A stretch of 64,000 nucleotides of DNA from Malacoraja senta (GCA_038087875.1 CM075988.1:10480001-10544000), one strand, 5' to 3'. Positions 46,867 to 60,797 are shown, counted from the first letter of the stretch. The notes: generated by a model from the letters alone, not told the origin. A program made the numbers and translations.

Positions 46867-47774
46867 ATATCGTGTCACCGAGCTAGTGTATCACATCATG
46901 GTTTGTTCAAGATTCTAGCATCTGGAGTTCCTTGTGTCTCTGCTTTAAAATCTGCTGCCTTCCTCTCATCCCAGTATAAAAATAAGTTTATTATCAGTGT
47001 GTTTCATTTTAATTAATTGAACGCATTTTTATTGGCAAGCATGGAATTGAGATTAACCACACTTTGCGAGATAGAGATGAAACAAAGATGTATGGCACAA
47101 TCTGGCTGGTTAGCGTCAACATTGTTCAAACCAAATGGTTCCAAACAGAATAACAGATACAGAATTAAATGGGGGATTGTGATGGAGAGTATATTCTTCC
47201 AAAAGTCGACAAAGGGAAATGTAGCATCTTTGTGCAAGTAATTAGCAATATCATGTAACCATCAACTCAATTAAAGATTCTGCGCTTAACTTGGAGTAAA
47301 ATACTCAGTGTAATATGATAACATATCTCAGTGTCGAGATTATGTTTACAAACCTGTGATTATTTTTACACTCAAATGTTTATGATGCCAGTAAGACTTC
47401 TATTCTTCTGTATGCATTACAATGCAAACAGTGTGGTATAATTTTTTAAAATGGAATGTGTACTGCTGGATGCAACACAGCTTTAGGCACCCATTAATCT
47501 CGATTTCTTCATTTGATCAAAGCCACTTGTCTTATTTTGTTGTGGTTTATGTTGCATAGTAATGTAAGATATCAATCACTTCAGTAAGTATGTGTTGAGA
47601 TGATTGACTAATCTAAGAGTGTGCAGATGTTGGTAAATGGTGCAGTGGCCACAAGCATACTACTGCTAGTTTTCATTCCAGCTTTAATTTTACTCTCCCT
47701 TTAAAGGCACTCTCACACACTGACTACAGAATATCTCTAAAAAAAGATACAACATGCTGGAGTAACTAATTGTC

Positions 47775-48053
47775 ACAATGGCACAGCGGTAAAGTTGAAA
47801 CCCGGGTTCGATCCTGGCTACAGGTACTGTCTGTATGGAGTTTGTACGTTCTCCCCGTGATCGCATGGGTTTTCTCCGAAACCTTTGGTTTCCCCCCACA
47901 GCCCACAAATGTACGTTTGTAGGCTAATTGGCTTGTATATATATGTAAATTGTCCCTAGTATGTGTAGGATAGTGCTAGTGTGCGGGGATCGCTGGTCGG
48001 TGCGGACTTGGTGGGCCGAAGGGCATTCTGCGCTGTATCTCTAAACTAAACTA
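47775..48053 (+). mobile_element. HE1-like SINE nested in a PLE repeat
   Basis: B box GGTTCGATCC, V-domain, tail; PLE arms on both sides. Confidence 0.88.
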
Positions 48054-48948
48054 ATTGGGTCTGGACGTTGCCTGACTTGGTGAATTACTCCAGCACCTCT
48101 TTTTTTGGTCTTTTCTTTGGTAAACCGACATCTGCAGTTCCTCGTGTCTTCAGGAATATCTCCTTCTGGCCAAATAGAAGAGCACAGCAGTGAACTCAAC
48201 TCAAGTTGTGCAATATTCTATGGTTCAAGTAATCAAGATATCTGTTCACAAATTCCTTTTCGTCTCCTTTCTAAAAGTATGTCCTTTTATTCTGAGTCCA
48301 TGGCCTCTGCTCCTACACTCTCCCACTAGTGGGAACATCTATTGTTATTGCAGAGCTAGATTAACTACAGATCTACCAACATGATTATTTCTGGGTCGTA
48401 AAGGTATTATATCTGGGAGAATCCCTTCACTTTATAAGGTTGACTAGCAGATTCAATTTTGATTAACGTTCCTGAGATTATGTTTAACTGATTCGGGAGA
48501 ACAGACATGGTAGTGTTAATTTAACACATGGGAAATTCCAAAATGAGGGAGAACAAATGTAAAGTGAGAAAGAATGTAGAAACAAGGAATAGCAGACGCT
48601 GGTTTACAAAACAAAGGAGACAATGCGCTGGAGTAGCTCAGCGGGTCAGGCACCATCTCTGGGGACAATAGATAGATGACATTTTGAGTTGGGACCCATC
48701 TTCAAATTGGCACAGTTCATAAAGTGAGAAATGGGTTATTCTATGGAAATGAATCCTGGAATTCTCTCTTAAAAAAGATCATGAATGTTGATTGATTGTC
48801 ATTTGCTTAACTGAGATAAATAGATCATTTGTCAGGTAAGGAATGCATTATGGTGATCTGTCTAAATAAACAAAAGGTCACGTTCAAAAGCCAGAATGTT
48901 CCAATATTTTTGTAAACTGATCGAGTAATATGAAACACTGAACTATGA

Positions 48949-49270
48949 TGGGCGGCACGATGGCGTCATGGTAGAGCAACTGCTTTACAGTACCAGAGAC
49001 CCGGGTTCGATCCTGACTACGGGTGCTTGTCTGCACAGAGTTTGTATGTTGGCCCTGTGACCTGTGTAGGTTTTCTCTGAGATCTTCAGTTTCCTCCCAC
49101 ACTCCAAAGACAAACACGTTTGTAGGTTAATTGGCTTGGTTATCAATGTAAAATTGTCGCTAGTGTGTGTGGGTAGTGTTAGTGTGCGGGGATTGCTAGT
49201 TGGTGCGGACTCGGTGGGCCAAAGGACCTGTTTCTGCACTGTATCTCTAAGCTAAACTAAAAACTAAACT
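48949..49270 (+). mobile_element. HE1-like SINE, full length
   Basis: GGGCGGCACGATGGCG head, GGTTCGATCC, (CTAAA)n tail. Confidence 0.9.
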
Positions 49271-49879
49271 AGTAAAGTAATTAAGTTATAATTTCTAATA
49301 AAATAGGGCACTGTGGGAGTACTTATAAATATCTTGAGTATTTATGGTTCAAATGTCTGAAAATGGGTCCCATCCCAGAACGTTGCCTATCAATGTCCTC
49401 ATAGATGCTGCCTATCCTGCTGATTTGCTCCAACACTGTGTTATTATATGTATTATATGTAAACACGCATCTGCAGTCCCTTGTATCTTCATCAGATGGA
49501 ATAGATCCTAAGAAGAAACAAAATGTAAACAAGGGATAAATGGGAAGACACTGCATAGTTCATGTGGAGAGAAATATTAAGATAGATTTAAACACCATGT
49601 TTTGTATCACTCAGGGATTTGTGGCTGCTTTATTTCATTCTGCTTGAAGACGAGTAGATGAATAATGGAAATAACAAAATTACCATTCTTGATGAGACAT
49701 TATGGATAAAGGATTTGTCCGGTGGGAGGGAGGTCAAACATGTAAAATTATTCAAGTGTTTGACAACTTTAGATGTGGAATTGATGTTTCTCATGGCTGG
49801 GGTCTTTAGAACTGAGGGTTATATCTCAACATCGGTGCTTGGCCATTTAGGAAAGAGTTGAGAGTGAAAAATCAAATTT

Positions 49880-50270
49880 GTCTAGAGTATTGTAAATCTT
49901 TGGAGACCTGATAGAAGTATATAAAATTATGATATGGTATATCATCAACAGGGGAGACAGTCAGAACCTTTTTCCCAGGGTTAAAATGTCAAAAAACAGA
50001 GGATATGGTTTTAAGTAGAGAGGGGCAAAGTGTAAAGGAGATTTACATGGCACGTTATTTTTACACAGGAAGTGGTGGGTGACAGGAACACACTGCCAGG
50101 ATTGGTCGTAGATCAGACATGATAGTGGCATACATGGTTTTTGGATAGTCATATGAATATGGAGGGATATGGATCACGTGCAGGCAGAGGAGATTAGTTT
50201 AACTTGGCTTCATTTTCAGCATCAACATTGTGGGCTGATGGACCTGTTCCTATATTGTTCTAGGTTCTCT
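49880..50270 (+). mobile_element. CR1 3' fragments (degenerate)
   Basis: GACCTGATAGAAGTATATAAAATTATG...CAGAACCTTTTTCCCAGGG...GGACCTGTTCC. Confidence 0.8.
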
Positions 50271-51489
50271 ATCCAAGATTGCTTCAGATACTCAATGGCA
50301 GAGGATGCTTAAGACAGTGAGTTGTAATTATTATGGGATGTACAATTAGAACAGGAAAGCAAATGGTGCAGCAGATGTAAGGGGCTGAATAGCATACAAG
50401 TACCTCTGCTCCCTAGTCTACCAGGCCTCCACTAATCGTGGTTTAGAGAATCGAGAGACCAGAGAATAGCTCTACCTTATGCTCAGTGATCTAAAGCACT
50501 AAGGGAAAGGAAAACACCGTTAGGTCAAATAAAAATACAACCAAGACAATATTTAACTACCAGCCCCATACTGCTATGAGGGTATATTAATGATTTCAAA
50601 TCATGAGTTATTTTTGCATTACCTGGTTATTCATTGTGTTATGAAGATTCATTGTGTTTTGTGTTTTGAAGATCTGTTATTATTGCTGTGAACATGGGCC
50701 ATGAAACAAAACCCAAACTAAGTAGAGTTCACATCTGAAGCCATTTACTCAATCAGCAGACTGATGCCTGAACAGGATCTGCATTTATTCTTTCATGTAT
50801 TTTGCCAAAATTAGGAGCAGCTATTTTTTTAATCAATGTACAATTTGAGTTCCAGCATACAAAACAAACAGAAAGGTCAAATCATCGCTTAAAACAAGCA
50901 GGGTAATGAATTTAGAGTTAAAATTGGTGGGGGGAAAAAACTTATGCTTGTCGCTAATTGTTTGCTCTGGTAATTTACTGCAATGAAATTAACCATGATC
51001 GTTCATGTCATTTAAATTATCAGTTGACAACACATTCCAAACTGAACCATAAAATCAAATCAGCTAGCAATCTAGCCCAAGATAGAGCTAGATTAAATAG
51101 CTAGAGCTAGATAGAGCTAACCCCCTGATTACACTGCTCTGTGGAGCTGAGAGAAAACAAGTCATGAAGAGATAGATCATTATGAATTTTAATTGAAGTG
51201 GCATTTCAGTGAATGTTTCATCGAAAGCTCTGCTACATAGAAGAGCGTTTAGCTTTACTGTCAATCTCAAAATGTCGCCCTGCACTGCCTGCACTCGGTC
51301 TCCTGAGAATTTCATGGTGGGACATGTTTTAAAGAAATTTTGGTTTTTGCAATGATGTGTACTCCCATGTTAGCATTTAATTATTGTCTGAAGGAGAGAG
51401 AATGTCATCTGCAGGTCAGGTTAGCACATACACGTGGACATAATGGATATCAAGGAATAACCATGATTTATTAACAAAAGCAGAATATT

Positions 51490-51580
51490 TAACACACACA
51501 TACACACACACACACACATATATATATACGTATGTGTGTATATATGTATAGTGTATGTAAGAGCTTTAAGGAATGATATA

Positions 51581-51624
<44 letters not shown>

Positions 51625-51677
51625 GTGTGTGTGTTAAATATTCAGCTTTTTGGTTTTATTGTGTGTGTATGTATATG

Positions 51678-51767
<90 letters not shown>

Positions 51768-51897
51768 CATATATGTGTGTATATATGTATATATACATAT
51801 ATGTGTGTGTATGTATATATATATATATGTGTGTGTGTATGTGTGTATGTATATATATATATATGTGTGCGTGTGCTTGTGTGTGTGTGTGTATATG

Positions 51898-51928
<31 letters not shown>

Positions 51929-52010
51929 ATATGTATATATATATGTATGTGTGTGTGTGTGCGTGTGTGTGTGTGTGTGTATATGTATATATATATGTGT
52001 GTGTGTGTAT
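51490..52010. repeat. Compound (CA)n/(TG)n/(TA)n microsatellite
   Basis: Read directly; alternating purine-pyrimidine. Confidence 0.95.
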
Positions 52011-53769
52011 TCCCTGGTGTTTCAAAGTTGCCATTCCTCTGAAATGGGCTCAGATTTTCACTCTCCATTACTACAGCATGATCTACTGGGAATGTCCAAT
52101 AAAAGAACAAAGAGCTGGAGTAACTCAGCGGGCCAGGCAGCATCTGTGGGGGGAATGGATACATGACAGGGCGGCATGGCGGTGCAGCGGTAGAGTTGCT
52201 GCCTTATAGTGCTTGCAGCGCCGGAGACCCAGGTTCAATCCCGCTAAATGGTAGTTAATAGTGAAGCAACATACAATGATAAGGTTTCTGAAACCTCAAG
52301 CATTGAAAACAGAGGTTGTAAACTGCGTCAGAATTCCATGGCACGGCACAAACACAGTGGACGTCTTGTTTGTAATTGTGTACGGTCTTTTTGCTGATGG
52401 GAAAGCACGCAATATAAAAGCTTTTTACTGTACCTTGGTACACATGACAATAAGAAACTAAACTAAGCAAACACTTTAGTAGATGATTCATTGTCCAACC
52501 TTGCACTATGCATTCCTAATTTGCTATGAAGGAAATTAAATTTTGCCAGCAACAAAGAAAACATACAATACCTACACTGCTATGCTGTAGGGATGGGCCT
52601 GACACCAGGAAACATCGACCAAACAAATGCAGGCTTAGCATTGAAAACATACGTTATACAGGAATATAAATAGGTAAAGGGCTTTGATGAACTATATATT
52701 CTCAATTACTGGGCCAATCCAGTTATGTTGGTTTCAGAAACAGATAAAACAGTCAAGCCCTACAGCAATGATAAGTCATAATCAAGCAGTAGATGATGAG
52801 GACTTTTCACTGCGGCTGAATACTGAGCGCGCTGCAGATCAAATCTCTACAACATCAGATTTATCTCATGCACACTTAGAACTACATTCCATTTGGGGTA
52901 GTCAACAATCTTTAAACATTAATTTGCACAATGGACAGTGTAGAAATGTATTGAATTTACCAATGATTTTTTTATCCTGCAAGTTGCACATAGCAACAAT
53001 GTTAGTTGGGGCAGCACGAAGATAGACACAAAAAGCTGGAGTAATTCAGCGGGACAAGCAGCATCTCTGGAGAGAAGGAATGGGTGAAGGAGTTAGGTCA
53101 ACAATCACTTCCTGGCCAAACTGCATTGATTGAGAAATTGGTCTAGACATTTCTGTGCACGATAGACCTTAGTCCAGGTGACGTTCTCCCAGCATCAGAT
53201 GTTCTCCTAGTGATGGTGATGCGTTGCACACCGTGCTCTTCCTCCACTGTTAGCATAAGTGAAGATTGTGGAGGCAACCAGTTACACATGTTGAACACGC
53301 ATGAAACAAACAAGGACTCATCTTTGTCAAGGGATTGGCAAAGAATAGCCTGTAAATGTGCTGGTCATTGATTAAAACATGTCTTGAAATCCTAAACCAC
53401 CCAGTTTTTAGTTTGCTCACTGACAACATACACACAGCCTGGGCTATTTCTTTATCATCCCTGTTCACTTTGCATATAGATAGATTCAATGGTTATCAAA
53501 TAAACTAAATGATCTAATAACAGGTTTAAACACTCGACACTTACCTAAATACGAAGAGCTTCAAGAAAACAAATATAATGAAACCACTGTCCATTTTGGT
53601 TGCAACCGGCAATATAAAGCTCACTCTGACATCTGATTTGAATGTGCAGGGACACTCAAGGTGATTGGCATTGCAACTTATCCGGACATTTTCTTTCCCT
53701 GCAGGCTCCAGTCAATCGTGCGTTTATGGTGCAACATGAAGCAATTGAAATGGATGATGCTCATAGTTA

Positions 53770-54085
53770 CAGATTCATAGAGTGATACAGTGTGGAAACA
53801 AGCCCTTCAGCCCAACGCCTACACCGGCCAACATGTCCCAGCAACACTAGTCCCACCTGCCCGTGTTTGGTCCATATCCGTTCAAAACGGCCTATCCATG
53901 TACCTGTCTAACTGATTCTTAAATGTTGGGATAGTCCCTGCCTCAACTACCTCCACTGGCAGCTTGTTCCACACACCCACCACCCTTTGTGTGAAAAAGT
54001 TACCACTCAGATTCCTATTAAATCTTTTCCCCTTCACCTTAAACATATGTCCTCTGGTCCTTGATTCTGGTCCTACTTTGGGCAA
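53770..54085 (-). mobile_element. CR1 3' fragment
   Basis: ESRTRGHMFKVKG...FFTQRVVGVWNKLPVEVVEA. Confidence 0.9.
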
Positions 54086-55499
54086 GAAATGCTGTGCATG
54101 CTCTTTTGTGTTCACCTCCATCTCTTCATCAATGTTGCTACTAGATAGCATCTCTCAGGCCTAAGCAAAGGCACACATAATGGCTTTGTTTACATCCTTT
54201 TTATCAACAAATCAACCTATCTCTAAATCTCTGTTAAATATCTGTGACAGTTGTGAAGTAATGAATGAGCCTTCAATTCCACCATATAATTGCTGATGAA
54301 CTCACCAAATGTTCAGTTCACACCAACTCTTAAGATGTAAGGTTGAAGTTCTCTTTCAAATTTTGCATTACATCTGCATTCACTTTCTTTTAGGGATTAT
54401 ATACTTCTGATCCAATTGCTTTGATTAATATTTTAGTATTTTCTTGTGATTCTAAAATGTTGTTCGTTCGGAAATAAATCTCATGTCCTCAATGTATGGA
54501 CTCTCTCCTTACTGAAAGGTACAAACATTCCAAAATAAGAAAATAAAATAAAACTATCTTCCTCTTCTTCAGATATCATTGAAACACACAAATGTGCAGA
54601 AGGCTGATGTCACCTACAGGTGTGCAAAACTTTCTTTATCAAAACTCATAATGTTGGAGGAATTCAACAGGTCAGCCAACATCTGCGGAGGAAATGGATA
54701 GACGATGTTTCAGGTGGGGACCCTTCTTCAGATTGATCAAAACGTTCTTGTTGGTTTGGTAATTATGTTCAGAGGCCATTCTACCTTCGAAACAGCTATG
54801 CTGGTAGAATTGTGAGGCTATTAAGGCAACTTTTGGGCTCCATGTTCATGCATTGTGGTGTTTTCCCTTGAAAAAATGTTTTGTCTGATATTACTTTCCT
54901 TCTCATTGTAATTCCTTCACAACCCGCTTGCAATATTTTTGTCGTCCTTCTGACAGAATGACAACTATCGCTACTAGATTTACAATATTGAGGTTTCAGT
55001 ATTACCAGTTCTTCACTGAAAGTGGTGCCTCTTTCTGCTTCATGTGCGGGTGGCTTATTGAAAAACACTTTTACACATGTGATTTATCCCCATTGAATCA
55101 ATGGGAAGATCGGTTCAATGGTGAGCATATATATTTTTGGATGATGGTAGAATTGAGGGAAAATGAAGCTGATTTTTGGAACTTGCATTCATTTTTTCAT
55201 GATAATGATGTGAAACCCATAGATGTACACAGCGCAGAGGGGCATCCATAATGTTCATAAATTGTGTGGAGACAATCTCTTTGTCAGCGCCAAATTGTGG
55301 TGACACTTGTGTACTGCCTAGGTGAGGTCTGCCACATAATTTTATCAGGTTGTATGCAAAACCAAGCATTTTACTGTACCTAGGTACAAGTGACAATAAA
55401 GTATCAATGAATTGAATCATTGAATCAAAGACTAATCCTTTCTATAATCCTTGGATCTCACTTACCTTCAAATATTAAGACAATATTTCTTGAAAAATA

Positions 55500-55755
55500 T
55501 GTCGGGAGGAACTGCAGATGCTGGTTTAGACCAAAGACAGACACAAAAAGCTGGAGTTACTCAGCAGATCAGATAGCATCTCTGGCGAAAAGGAATAACT
55601 GATGTTTCGGGTCAAAATCTTTCTAATATATCTATTGTTCCCCTTTCCCCTGACACTTGTCAGAAAAAGGGTCTCAACCTGAAACATCACTTATTCCTTT
55701 TCTCCAGTGCTGCAGCCTGACCTGCTAAGTTACTCCAGCTTTTTGTGTCTATCCT
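55500..55755. mobile_element. PLE fold-back repeat
   Basis: Inverted arms GACACAAAAAGCTGGAG / CTCCAGCTTTTTGTGTC; CTTGAAAA on both flanks. Confidence 0.75.
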
Positions 55756-56077
55756 TGAAAAGGTTCATTCTCTCTCCCCTTCCCTGTGGCAAGTATTGAA
55801 CTCCTGAAGACATTTCTCTTTGCTATCCTTGTAATTTTCTTAATGAACATCTCAGATCAATAGAACACAACATGAATACAAATTCTTTCCCAGAAATAAG
55901 ATCAACATGTGGCAAACCACAAAGGTAAACCATTGAGATTGCCAAGTTAAATAAAATTATGTAGATCTTAATTCTTTGGAGTAATTTTACCACATTTAGA
56001 ATGTAACCAAAGCCCATTGACAGCCATACCTAAATTAACATTATCTGTTTTTTCCACTTAAGTCTTGTATACTAAAT

Positions 56078-56312
56078 GTGTAGAAAGGAACTACAGATGC
56101 TGGTTTGAACCAAAGATCGACACAAAAAGCTGGTGTAACTCAGCAGGACAGGCAGCATCTTTGGAGAAAAAGAATAAGCAAAGTTTTGGGTTGAGACCCT
56201 TCTTCAGACCTGAATGAATGAATAATGGTATCTAACTGAAACATCACCTATTTCTTTTCTCCAGAGATGCTGCCTGACCCATTGAGTTACCACAGGCTTT
56301 TGTGTCTATCTT
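56078..56312. mobile_element. PLE fold-back repeat
   Basis: Inverted arms containing GAGACCCTTCTTCAGAC; TCTTGTATAC on both flanks. Confidence 0.75.
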
Positions 56313-57199
56313 AAATCTTGTATACAGTGTGGTGAGAAATATCAGTGTTTGGATGCAGAGCACATTCCATACATAACATCAAACATCTTAAACAGGAAAA
56401 TTAAGGGTTTGAGGAAGAGCTGGGCGTAACCCTTGTTCGGATTCCTATGCATTCATTCTAAAAAATACCCAGAAAGATACATTTTATACATTTTATACGT
56501 GTGTATTGTTTTCAAATTCAAATTGCGCAGAATATGCTTGTGTTTGCAGCAGTGAAAAATTAACACAATCCACCTTCAATGGCAAGGTAATCCTTTAATG
56601 CTCTTTAAACAAGTAATGAGCCATTTAGCCTGTATAAATATTGAGAAGTCCATTAACACAGACCTAGAGTCCACAGTGGTAATAGAAAGAGCCTTAAGTC
56701 CAGCTAAATGAATTCATGTGGTACCAACAGGGCTTGCTAAATCCTGTGGAGCTTTGTAACTGAAGTTGAAAGAGTCTTCCTGATGTAACAAGCTTCTATT
56801 TTCTGCTGCAGCTTTCTCTGGTCCTCTATTCTGATTTCTACCACTGAACTATTATGCATCACCACTTTACTTACCAATGCAAGGTATCTTGCTGTTGGAC
56901 TCTATTCTCCCTTGTCTGAACTTACTACTACAAACTATCATCCTGGACATAATCTAATGCTTCTGCTTTTGATTCTGATCTCCCTGGCCACCAACCTTTC
57001 CAACAATAAATATTTTTGTAAAGACAAAGGAAAAAAATAATCATCATTTAGTTCTTTGACCCTTTTATGAGAGGGGCAGTTGGATGATTGCCATTGATTG
57101 GTCTTCAGCCCACCTCTAGGTGTAGAAAGTGGCACACTGATGCATTGCATATCCAGTTGATACTCCTTAACCCTGATATTAATGTGATTGTGCCCAGTT

Positions 57200-57945
57200 A
57201 CCATTATCTGAATGGTGTCAGATTAGGAGAAGGGGAGGTGCAATGAGACCTGGATAACCTTGTACATCAGTCACTGAAAGTAAGAATGCAGGTACAGCAG
57301 GCAGTGAAGAAAGCTAATGGCGTGTTGGCCTTTATTCCGAGAGGATTTGAGTTTAGGAGCAGGGAGGTCCTATTGCAGTTGTACATGGCCCTGGTGAGAC
57401 CACACTTGGAGTTTTGGACTTCTAATTTGAGGAAGGCATTTTTGCTATTGAGGGAGTGCAGCGTAGGTTCACCAGGTTAGTTCCCGGGATGGTGGGACTG
57501 ATATTTGATGAAAGAATGGGATGACTGGGCTTGTATTCACTGGAATTTAAAAGGATGAAAGGGGATCTTATAGAAACGTTTAAAATTATTAAGGCATTGG
57601 ACAGGCTAGATGCAGGAAAAATGTTCCTGATGTTGGGGGAGTCCAGAACCAGATGTCACAGTTTTAGAATAAGGGGTAGGCCATTTAGGACTGAGATGAG
57701 GAAAAACGTTTTCACCCAGATAGTTATGAATCTGTGGAATTCTCGGCCACAAAAGGCAGTGGAGGCCAATTCACTGGATGTCTTCATGACAGTGTTCGAT
57801 TTACCTCTTAGGGTTAACAGAATCAAGGGATATGGGGAAAAATCAGGTATGGGGTACTGATTTTGGGTGCTCAGCCATGATCATATTGAATGATGGTGCT
57901 GGCTCGAAGGGCCAAATGGCCTACTCCTGCACCTATTTTCTATTT
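57200..57945 (+). mobile_element. CR1 3' fragment
   Basis: QVQQAVKKANGVLAFI...LVRPHLE...RMKGDLIETFKI...NLWNS. Confidence 0.92.
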
Positions 57946-58669
57946 ACTCCTGTCTTTCTGACCTGAATCTTTCTTGAGCCAATAACTTGTCCATTCTCCA
58001 GCATGAAAGTGTCCTGTAACAATACAAATTATCTTTCTGCAAAATAGCTTCCAAAGTCGGTAGTTCCAGCCCTAGGATTCAAAGAATAGACATTCCTTCA
58101 CGAAATCTGGGTCGCAATATCAGCCATTCTGATAGAGCTGCATTTTTCTCTAATTTAAGTTTTTAGGGTCATTTATGCAACAAAAGTGGTAGTTGGGAAA
58201 TGCAAGATTCTGGAAGACACCCTGACTTCTTATTAACAAGCCCGAACTGCAGTGATTACTGCTTTCAGCTATAATTAATCAAGGGCACCAGTTACATTCT
58301 GAGTGATTAATTGCAAAGCTGTGGCTTGGAGTTTCCACATCTACATTCAGCCATTGGTATTCAGATTGCTTTAATTATACTGTACATTGTAACTTCTTCC
58401 CTTCCCCCATCACGCTCCTGAATAAAAATGAGGAATTTAGCAGTCTTGCGATTAAAGGTCACCCTTAAATAAAAGAAGATCATAGGCAGATTTTGCTTTC
58501 TCTCCATGCCAATGACATTGATGAATTGGAAAGTTCTCCCTATGTTTCCTTACGTTCACAGCTCTGCTCTTGCAAGGACTTCAATGACATGAAAGTTTCC
58601 AAGAAGAAAAAAGGCAAGGGACAAGGGTTAGTGGAAATTTACTTTGGGGGTCAAATAATAGTCAACTGA

Positions 58670-59000
58670 ATAGAGGGATTGATCAGGTAAATGCAAATGA
58701 GGAATGGATCACCCAAATACACAGAGCTTCTTGCCCAGAGTAGGGGAATCGAGAACCAATGGACATTAGTTTAAGGTGAGTCAGGAAAGATTTACCTATG
58801 GGGTAACTTTATTACACTATGGGTGGTGAGATAGTTGGGGCAAGTATTATTATTTAAGAAACATTTCGACAGATACATGGAAAGAACAGGTTTTGAGGAA
58901 TATGGACCAAATGCAGGCAGCTGTAGATGGGACATGTTGGTCAGTGTAAGCAAGTTGGGCTGAAGGGCCTGTTTCCATGGTGTATGACTCTATGACTCTG
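58670..59000 (+). mobile_element. CR1 3' fragment (degenerate)
   Basis: CCCAGAGTAGGGGAATCGAGAAC...GAAGGGCCTGTTTCCATG plus (TATGACTC)n. Confidence 0.8.
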
Positions 59001-59059
59001 AAGCGAAGTTGAATAGCAATGTTATTTCCTTCTGAAAATGACCCAGACTTCACAATGTT

Positions 59060-59221
59060 TAAGAAAGAACTGCAGATGCTGGAAAAATCGAAGGTAGAGA
59101 AAAATGCTGGAGAAACTCAGCGGGTGAGGCAGCATCTATGCAGTGAAGCAATAGGCGACATTTCTTCGCTTCATAGATGCTGCCTCACCCGCTGAGTTTC
59201 TCCAGCATTTTGTCTACCTCT
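59060..59221. mobile_element. PLE fold-back repeat with TSD
   Basis: Arms ATGCTGGAGAAACTCAGCGGGTGAGGCAGCATCTATG and its exact reverse complement; flanking GAC(T/C)TCACAATGTT at 59046-59059 and 59222-59235. Confidence 0.8.
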
Positions 59222-60131
59222 GACCTCACAATGTTATCTGTTTTGGCTCCAGCTTCAGAGGTTTCCACTGGAGATGCCGATTGCCCTGAGGCTGGAGCAG
59301 TTCTATCCCAATCACGTCCATTTCCAGTTTAACCTGAGCCTCTGATACGAAAGAGCCCTCCCATCTGTATGAAAATAAAACAAGAAAACCAAGAATATGA
59401 GTAAATAAAATATAGCAAAATACAGAGCATGAAAAAAGAACATCAAACTGCTTTTAAACATCAATTACCACCAATTTATATGGGCACCCATTTCATAATA
59501 CATTAAAGAGCACTCATGATATATTTATCTCTTTGTCTTGCCTGATGGGTGTAATGTTCAATGAAGACACAAGGAACTATAAATGCTAGAATCTGGCATA
59601 GAACACAAAGTGCTGTTGTAATTTGGCGGATCAGGTCGCATCTTTGGAGAACATGGATCGGCAACCTTTTGAGTTGGGACCCTTCTTCAGACTGATTGTA
59701 GTGGGGGATGGGTGGGGGGAAAGGGGCGGGACTAAGTTGCCAAAGTGATGGGGGTGGGAGAAAGCCTGGCAAATGATATGTGGATATCGGTGAGGGAGGT
59801 TTTGATGGAACAAAGGTTAGAAGACAGATGGAAACATACGGTACATTAGGGTCATATAATGGTCAACTGAAAAAGTGGAAGCAAAGATGATTAGCAATAT
59901 CCTGAACTGGGTGACACAACTGAAAATGCACCAGCATTGAATTCTGCAGTAAGGAATGGGACAGAGCGACATTATTAAGGCAAGTTCGATATAATTTAGC
60001 TAACTTAATAGCTCTGCAAGTTGGAAGAATAGATCAACTCAATGAATTTTGACAGAGAAAATTGACATAAATCCAGCATACTAATGCGAAGAAAGAAACA
60101 CACGCACACGCGCATGCATGCACACACACAC

Positions 60132-60365
60132 GACTATGGATGTTGTCTGTATGGAGTTTGTACGTTCTCCCTGTGACTGCGTTGGTTTTCCCCGGGTGCT
60201 CCAGTTTTCTCCCACGCTCCAAAGACGTACAAATTTGTAGGTTAATTGGCTTAGGTAAGTTATAAATTGTTGCTGGTTTGTAGTGTGTGCTACTGTAACG
60301 GGGATCGCTGGTTGGCGTGGAGTCGGTGATCCAAAGGGCCTATTTCCACTTTGTTTTTCTAAACT
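60132..60365 (+). mobile_element. HE1-like SINE, 5'-truncated
   Basis: V-domain and tail. Confidence 0.85.
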
Positions 60366-60367
60366 GA

Positions 60368-60568
<201 letters not shown>

Positions 60569-60591
60569 ATTTTTTTTGTTTTTTTTTCAAC

Positions 60592-60797
60592 TGCCTCAAG
60601 AAACAGTGCTGGGCCAGTTGTTGTTTGTGATTTATGTTAATGCTTTGGAAGGGAATATACAAGGAGTGATTAGTGTGTTTGCAGGTGGCACTAAAGTGGA
60701 CTATTTCTTAGATAGTGAAGATAATTATCAAAAATTACAGCAGGATCTTGATTAATCAGGAAGTGTGTTAAGGAGATGTTTAATGCAGTTTAATGCA
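60592..60797 (+). pseudogene. Old CR1 RT fragment cut off by the younger CR1
   Basis: PQETVLGQLLFVIYVNAL...VFAGGTKV...LQQDLD (decayed PQGSVLGP...FADDTK). Confidence 0.8.

Noticed and set aside
51625..52209. Long Cys/Val/Tyr or His/Thr ORFs (also 27586-27993, 31401-31932, 35766-36049, 60081-60662)
   Set aside because: Translations of microsatellites that lack stop codons.
53688..53785. Strong-looking acceptor TTTTCTTTCCCTGCAG (similar one near 40370)
   Set aside because: Downstream frames are short and unrecognisable with no clear donor; cannot be supported without RNA data.
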